From the NCBI GenBank assembly GCA_965217865.1, contig CBDCJO010000002.1:1248001-1312000 (forward strand): 64,000 nt of DNA. Direction: 5' to 3'. Shown one piece after another: positions 60,973 to 64,000 of the stretch (position 1 is the first letter of the stretch; each line of letters opens with the position of its first letter). The translations under genes and the position numbers were made by a program. Under the pieces are notes generated by a model. The model saw only the letters and a list, made by a program, of their open reading frames with translations. It did not search any database and was not told the DNA's origin. This DNA comes from Candidatus Latescibacterota bacterium. GTDB taxonomy: Bacteria > Latescibacterota > UBA2968 > SICM01.

Positions 60973-61213
60973 GTGACCCCTTCGATTATTAATTCCTCGA
61001 TGGAAAATCTGATGCATTTGATGAAATCCGACCCTTGTCGGGGGCTTTGATGATAGGATCAGCCCAGCGCTGGAGGAAACAAACTGCTTGGTGGTCTTAT
61101 TGGATTTTCGTACCATCGTAGATTCCAATCCGAAAAGAGAATCTGCTGAGACTGCCACAAATTATACCAAAGCCGTGAGATCCCTTTCACAATCGATGGC
61201 CAAGGAGGTTCAT

Positions 61214-61948
61214 ATGGGGAAACTTGAGAACAAAGTTGCACTCGTCACAGGTGGCAGCCGCGGGATCGGAAAAGGAATTTCGCGTGGGCTTATTGAAGAA
61301 GGGGCGAACGTCATTATCGTCTCTCGAGACAGCCAGGCGCTGGATCGGGCTGCCGCTGAACTTTCTTCAGGCAATTCCACGGTCCTGGCAAAACCCGCGG
61401 ATGTGGCCGATGAGGAACAGGTTGAGGACGTCTTCCGCGCGGCAGTGGAGCAATTCGGCCGGCTGGACATCCTTGTAAACAACGCAGGTGCATTCGACGG
61501 GGGCCGCCCCCTTGAAGACCTTTCGGTGGAGGTTTGGGACCGCGTGATGGCCGTCAACTTGCGTGGCCCCTTCCTCTGTACTCGCGCCGCCATGCGTATC
61601 ATGAAGCCCCGGGGGGGCGGGAGGATCATCAACGTTGGGAGCATCTCAGCCCAGCGGGTACGTCCCGACTCGGCCCCGTACAGCGCCAGCAAACACGGTC
61701 TCTGGGGCCTCACCCAGGTGACCGCCCTTGAAGGAAGGGAACACGGGATCGTGTGCAGTTGTCTTCACCCCGGCAACACCCTCGTCGAACGCCGTCGGGA
61801 GAGCTCTTCAGATGTGGATGCGGAACCCATGATGACGGTTGACGAATTAGCCCAGGTCGCGGTAACGATGGCAACCCTTCCGCCTCACGTAAACCTCCTG
61901 GAGGCCATCGTGTTGCCTGTGAACCAACTCTACATCGGCCGGGGATGA
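61214..61948 (+). CDS. Short-chain dehydrogenase/reductase
   Basis: TGGSRGIG, NNAG, YSASK; AAGGAGG RBS. Confidence 0.93.
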   Translation: MGKLENKVALVTGGSRGIGKGISRGLIEEGANVIIVSRDSQALDRAAAELSSGNSTVLAKPADVADEEQVEDVFRAAVEQFGRLDILVNNAGAFDGGRPLEDLSVEVWDRVMAVNLRGPFLCTRAAMRIMKPRGGGRIINVGSISAQRVRPDSAPYSASKHGLWGLTQVTALEGREHGIVCSCLHPGNTLVERRRESSSDVDAEPMMTVDELAQVAVTMATLPPHVNLLEAIVLPVNQLYIGRG

Positions 61949-61962
61949 TCTTCACATTCCAC

Positions 61963-61991
61963 TTGACTGAGGCAGGAACCGGGTGTATAAT
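61963..61991 (+). promoter_or_regulatory. Near-consensus sigma70 promoter upstream of the threonine aldolase gene
   Basis: TTGACT-17 nt-TATAAT. Confidence 0.75.
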
Positions 61992-62074
61992 TATCTCCTC
62001 ATTTTTTTACGGATTCCGGCTCAACTTTACTCCTTTTAACCAACCTGAGCATCAAGACATTATGAAGGCTTTCT

Positions 62075-63115
62075 ATGGGAAAAAATCGTATTGATTTATG
62101 TAGCGATACCCTCTCAAAGCCCACCCCGGAGATGCGCCGATTTATGTGCGATGCCGAGGTGGGTGATGAGCAGAGGGGGGAAGATCCGACCACGAATGAA
62201 CTCCAACACACGGTTTGTGAACTGTTGGGAAAAGAGGCATCCGTCTTTCTCCCGTCGGGAACGATGTGCAATCAGGTGGCCTTTGCGGTCCATTGCCGCG
62301 CCGGTGATCTGATCCTCCTGGAACGTGGGGCCCATCCCCTTATCGCAGAAGGAGCGGGCTCAGCGGTTATCACCGGCGCCGCAATGTATCCCATCGATGG
62401 TCACGGCGGTATGTTCACAGCCGATCAGGTCAAGGAGGCCATCTGGTTGTCCACCCGCCACCGGCCCCCATTCCGGCTGGTATCCGTTGAGCAGACCACC
62501 AACCTCGGGGGAGGTCGCGTCTGGCCGCTGGCTCAGATCCGTGAGGTGTGTAACGCCGCCAAAGACTGCGGCGCATCCACCCACATGGATGGAGCCCGGT
62601 TGCTGAACGCCGTTGTAGCGTCCGGGACGTCCGCCAAGGAATTTGCAGCCACTTTCGACTCGGTCTGGATCGATCTGAGCAAGGGACTCGGGGCCCCTGT
62701 GGGCGGTGTTCTTGCCGGATCAGCAGAGTTTATCGACAAAGCCTGGGGATGGAAGCACAGGCTTGGAGGTGCCATGCGACAATCGGGCATCATCGGCGCG
62801 GCCGGTATCTATGCCCTGCGTCACCACGTCGACAGGATGGCAGAAGACCATGAAAATGCAAAGATGTTTGCCAGCGAAATTTCTCGTTGTCCGAACATCG
62901 GCCTGAACCACGAGGTGGAGACGAATATCATCAGATTCGATGTCGGGAAAACAGGCCTTTCCGCACAGGCATTCGTCGATCATCTCCTTGAAAAAGGAGT
63001 CTGGCTGAGTGTACACGGCCGAACCACCTGCCGCGCCGTCACCCACATCGGGACCTCTCGCGAAGATGTTGAAGAGGCTGCCAAAACGATCCGTGAATTT
63101 GGTGAACGAACCTAA
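62075..63115 (+). CDS. ltaE: Low-specificity L-threonine aldolase
   Basis: SDT, VGDE..GEDPT, SGTMCNQ, HMDGAR, LSKGLGAPVG, GGAMRQSG. Confidence 0.92.
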   Translation: MGKNRIDLCSDTLSKPTPEMRRFMCDAEVGDEQRGEDPTTNELQHTVCELLGKEASVFLPSGTMCNQVAFAVHCRAGDLILLERGAHPLIAEGAGSAVITGAAMYPIDGHGGMFTADQVKEAIWLSTRHRPPFRLVSVEQTTNLGGGRVWPLAQIREVCNAAKDCGASTHMDGARLLNAVVASGTSAKEFAATFDSVWIDLSKGLGAPVGGVLAGSAEFIDKAWGWKHRLGGAMRQSGIIGAAGIYALRHHVDRMAEDHENAKMFASEISRCPNIGLNHEVETNIIRFDVGKTGLSAQAFVDHLLEKGVWLSVHGRTTCRAVTHIGTSREDVEEAAKTIREFGERT

Positions 63116-63153
63116 AACCATAGATCGGAGAAACCCGATTCCAATCTGTGTCG

Positions 63154-63187
63154 AAGGCGCGATTCCGAAACCCGCGCCTTTATTTTT
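63154..63187 (+). terminator. Intrinsic terminator after ltaE
   Basis: AAGGCGCG-11 nt loop-CGCGCCTT followed by TATTTTT. Confidence 0.7.
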
Positions 63188-63323
63188 GTCGATGTTCAAC
63201 CCTCCAGTTTTCTGACTGCCGATCCCCCGCTTATGATAAACCTTGTATGATCCGTGATGAATGCCATCTTAACCGCGGACTCTCCGCTGAAACTGGCCGT
63301 TTTGAATTGAAAAAGGAGGATCA

Positions 63324-63635
63324 ATGGTCACAATCGGGCTGTACTATCAGGTTTACGAAGACAAAATATCTATTTTCGAAGAAAAATTTCAGGAAGTTCT
63401 CAAGGCGATGCAGGGACTGAAGGGTCATCTGGACAGCAGTCTATATCGGAAGGTGGACGATCCGGGTGCCTATGCAATTCTCAGCGAGTGGGACAGTCAG
63501 GACGACTTTACCGCCTTCATCACCAGCGAGACATTCCGGGGCGTCACGCGCTGGGGCATGGAGGGCATCCTCAAAGGCAGACCCCGTCACAAGGTTTATC
63601 CCCGGTCGGATGATCTTGCCCGTCCTGCCCACTAG
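63324..63635 (+). CDS. Antibiotic-biosynthesis-monooxygenase (ABM) domain protein
   Basis: FEEKF, GH...LYR, YAILSEW.S..DF.AF..S..F; AGGAGG RBS. Confidence 0.85.
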   Translation: MVTIGLYYQVYEDKISIFEEKFQEVLKAMQGLKGHLDSSLYRKVDDPGAYAILSEWDSQDDFTAFITSETFRGVTRWGMEGILKGRPRHKVYPRSDDLARPAH

Positions 63636-63830
63636 CAAAGAATTATAATCTAAGGAACACGTCACAAATGCTGGGTCGAGGCGAATGGTTCGGTTCTCAT
63701 ATTCATCGTGTATGCATCCGTGGGTTTAAACAGAGAAACGACTTTGCCTCGATATGCAAAGCCGCCTTTTCCTCGGTTTAAGCAATTTCGGGTTTCGAAC
63801 TCGATTCTGTATCCCTAGAACCCTCCCGCT

Positions 63831-64000
63831 TTACACCTCCTTCAATCGCTCGAGGAGTTTCACGGCCTCATGGATGTCCCCGGCCTGATCCTCTGAATAC
63901 TCCCGCTCGATCGTCAAGGGTCCATCATAACCGATTTCTTTGAGGGTTCGGACAAAATCATCCATCCTCACATCCCCTTCGCCCAGTGGGCAGTCTTCAT
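63831..64000 (-). CDS. Sugar-phosphate isomerase/epimerase (xylose isomerase-like barrel), C-terminal part
   Basis: Manual translation EDCPLGEGDVRMDDFVRTLKEIGYDGPLTIERE...; runs off the window edge. Confidence 0.85.
   Translation of the reverse strand, partial: EDCPLGEGDVRMDDFVRTLKEIGYDGPLTIEREYSEDQAGDIHEAVKLLERLKEV

Overview
A mostly housekeeping chromosomal window from a moderately GC-rich bacterium. The PorV homologue, a T9SS-type C-terminal domain and two dockerin-like 'DFDGDGxVDxxDFFLFA' modules point to an FCB-group candidate lineage such as Latescibacterota; this is inference only. In order, the window holds: fabH(partial)-rpmF-yceD-ndk; a six-gene minus-strand envelope cluster (PorV, an M6-like/FG-GAP/CTD protein, a gluzincin-PD40-beta-barrel protein, two paralogous membrane proteins, a dockerin-bearing metallopeptidase); a nest of two IS1595 elements with small passenger genes; trm112, rmlD, a DPM1-like GT2, an S41 protease, a 2-hydroxyacid dehydrogenase and a small ABC system; a ~16-kb aromatic amino-acid supraoperon (trpEGDCFBA, chorismate mutase, DAHP synthase, tyrA, a half-length aroA, aroE, menG/ubiE, PhyH-like, argS, aroK, aroB); and surface-glycan and accessory genes, two of them broken by near-identical 1526-bp IS5/IS1182-like copies. 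The best candidates for undescribed biology are (1) an unannotated 28-aa leader peptide (MVQKGAIFFDYFRAYWW...) with a sigma70 promoter and terminator/antiterminator, apparently one attenuator reading Phe, Tyr and Trp ahead of the supraoperon; (2) an intact EPSP-synthase ORF reduced to one structural domain with its catalytic motifs replaced; and (3) a PhyH-family enzyme with a halogenase-type HxG iron motif. No rRNA, tRNA or CRISPR array was seen.
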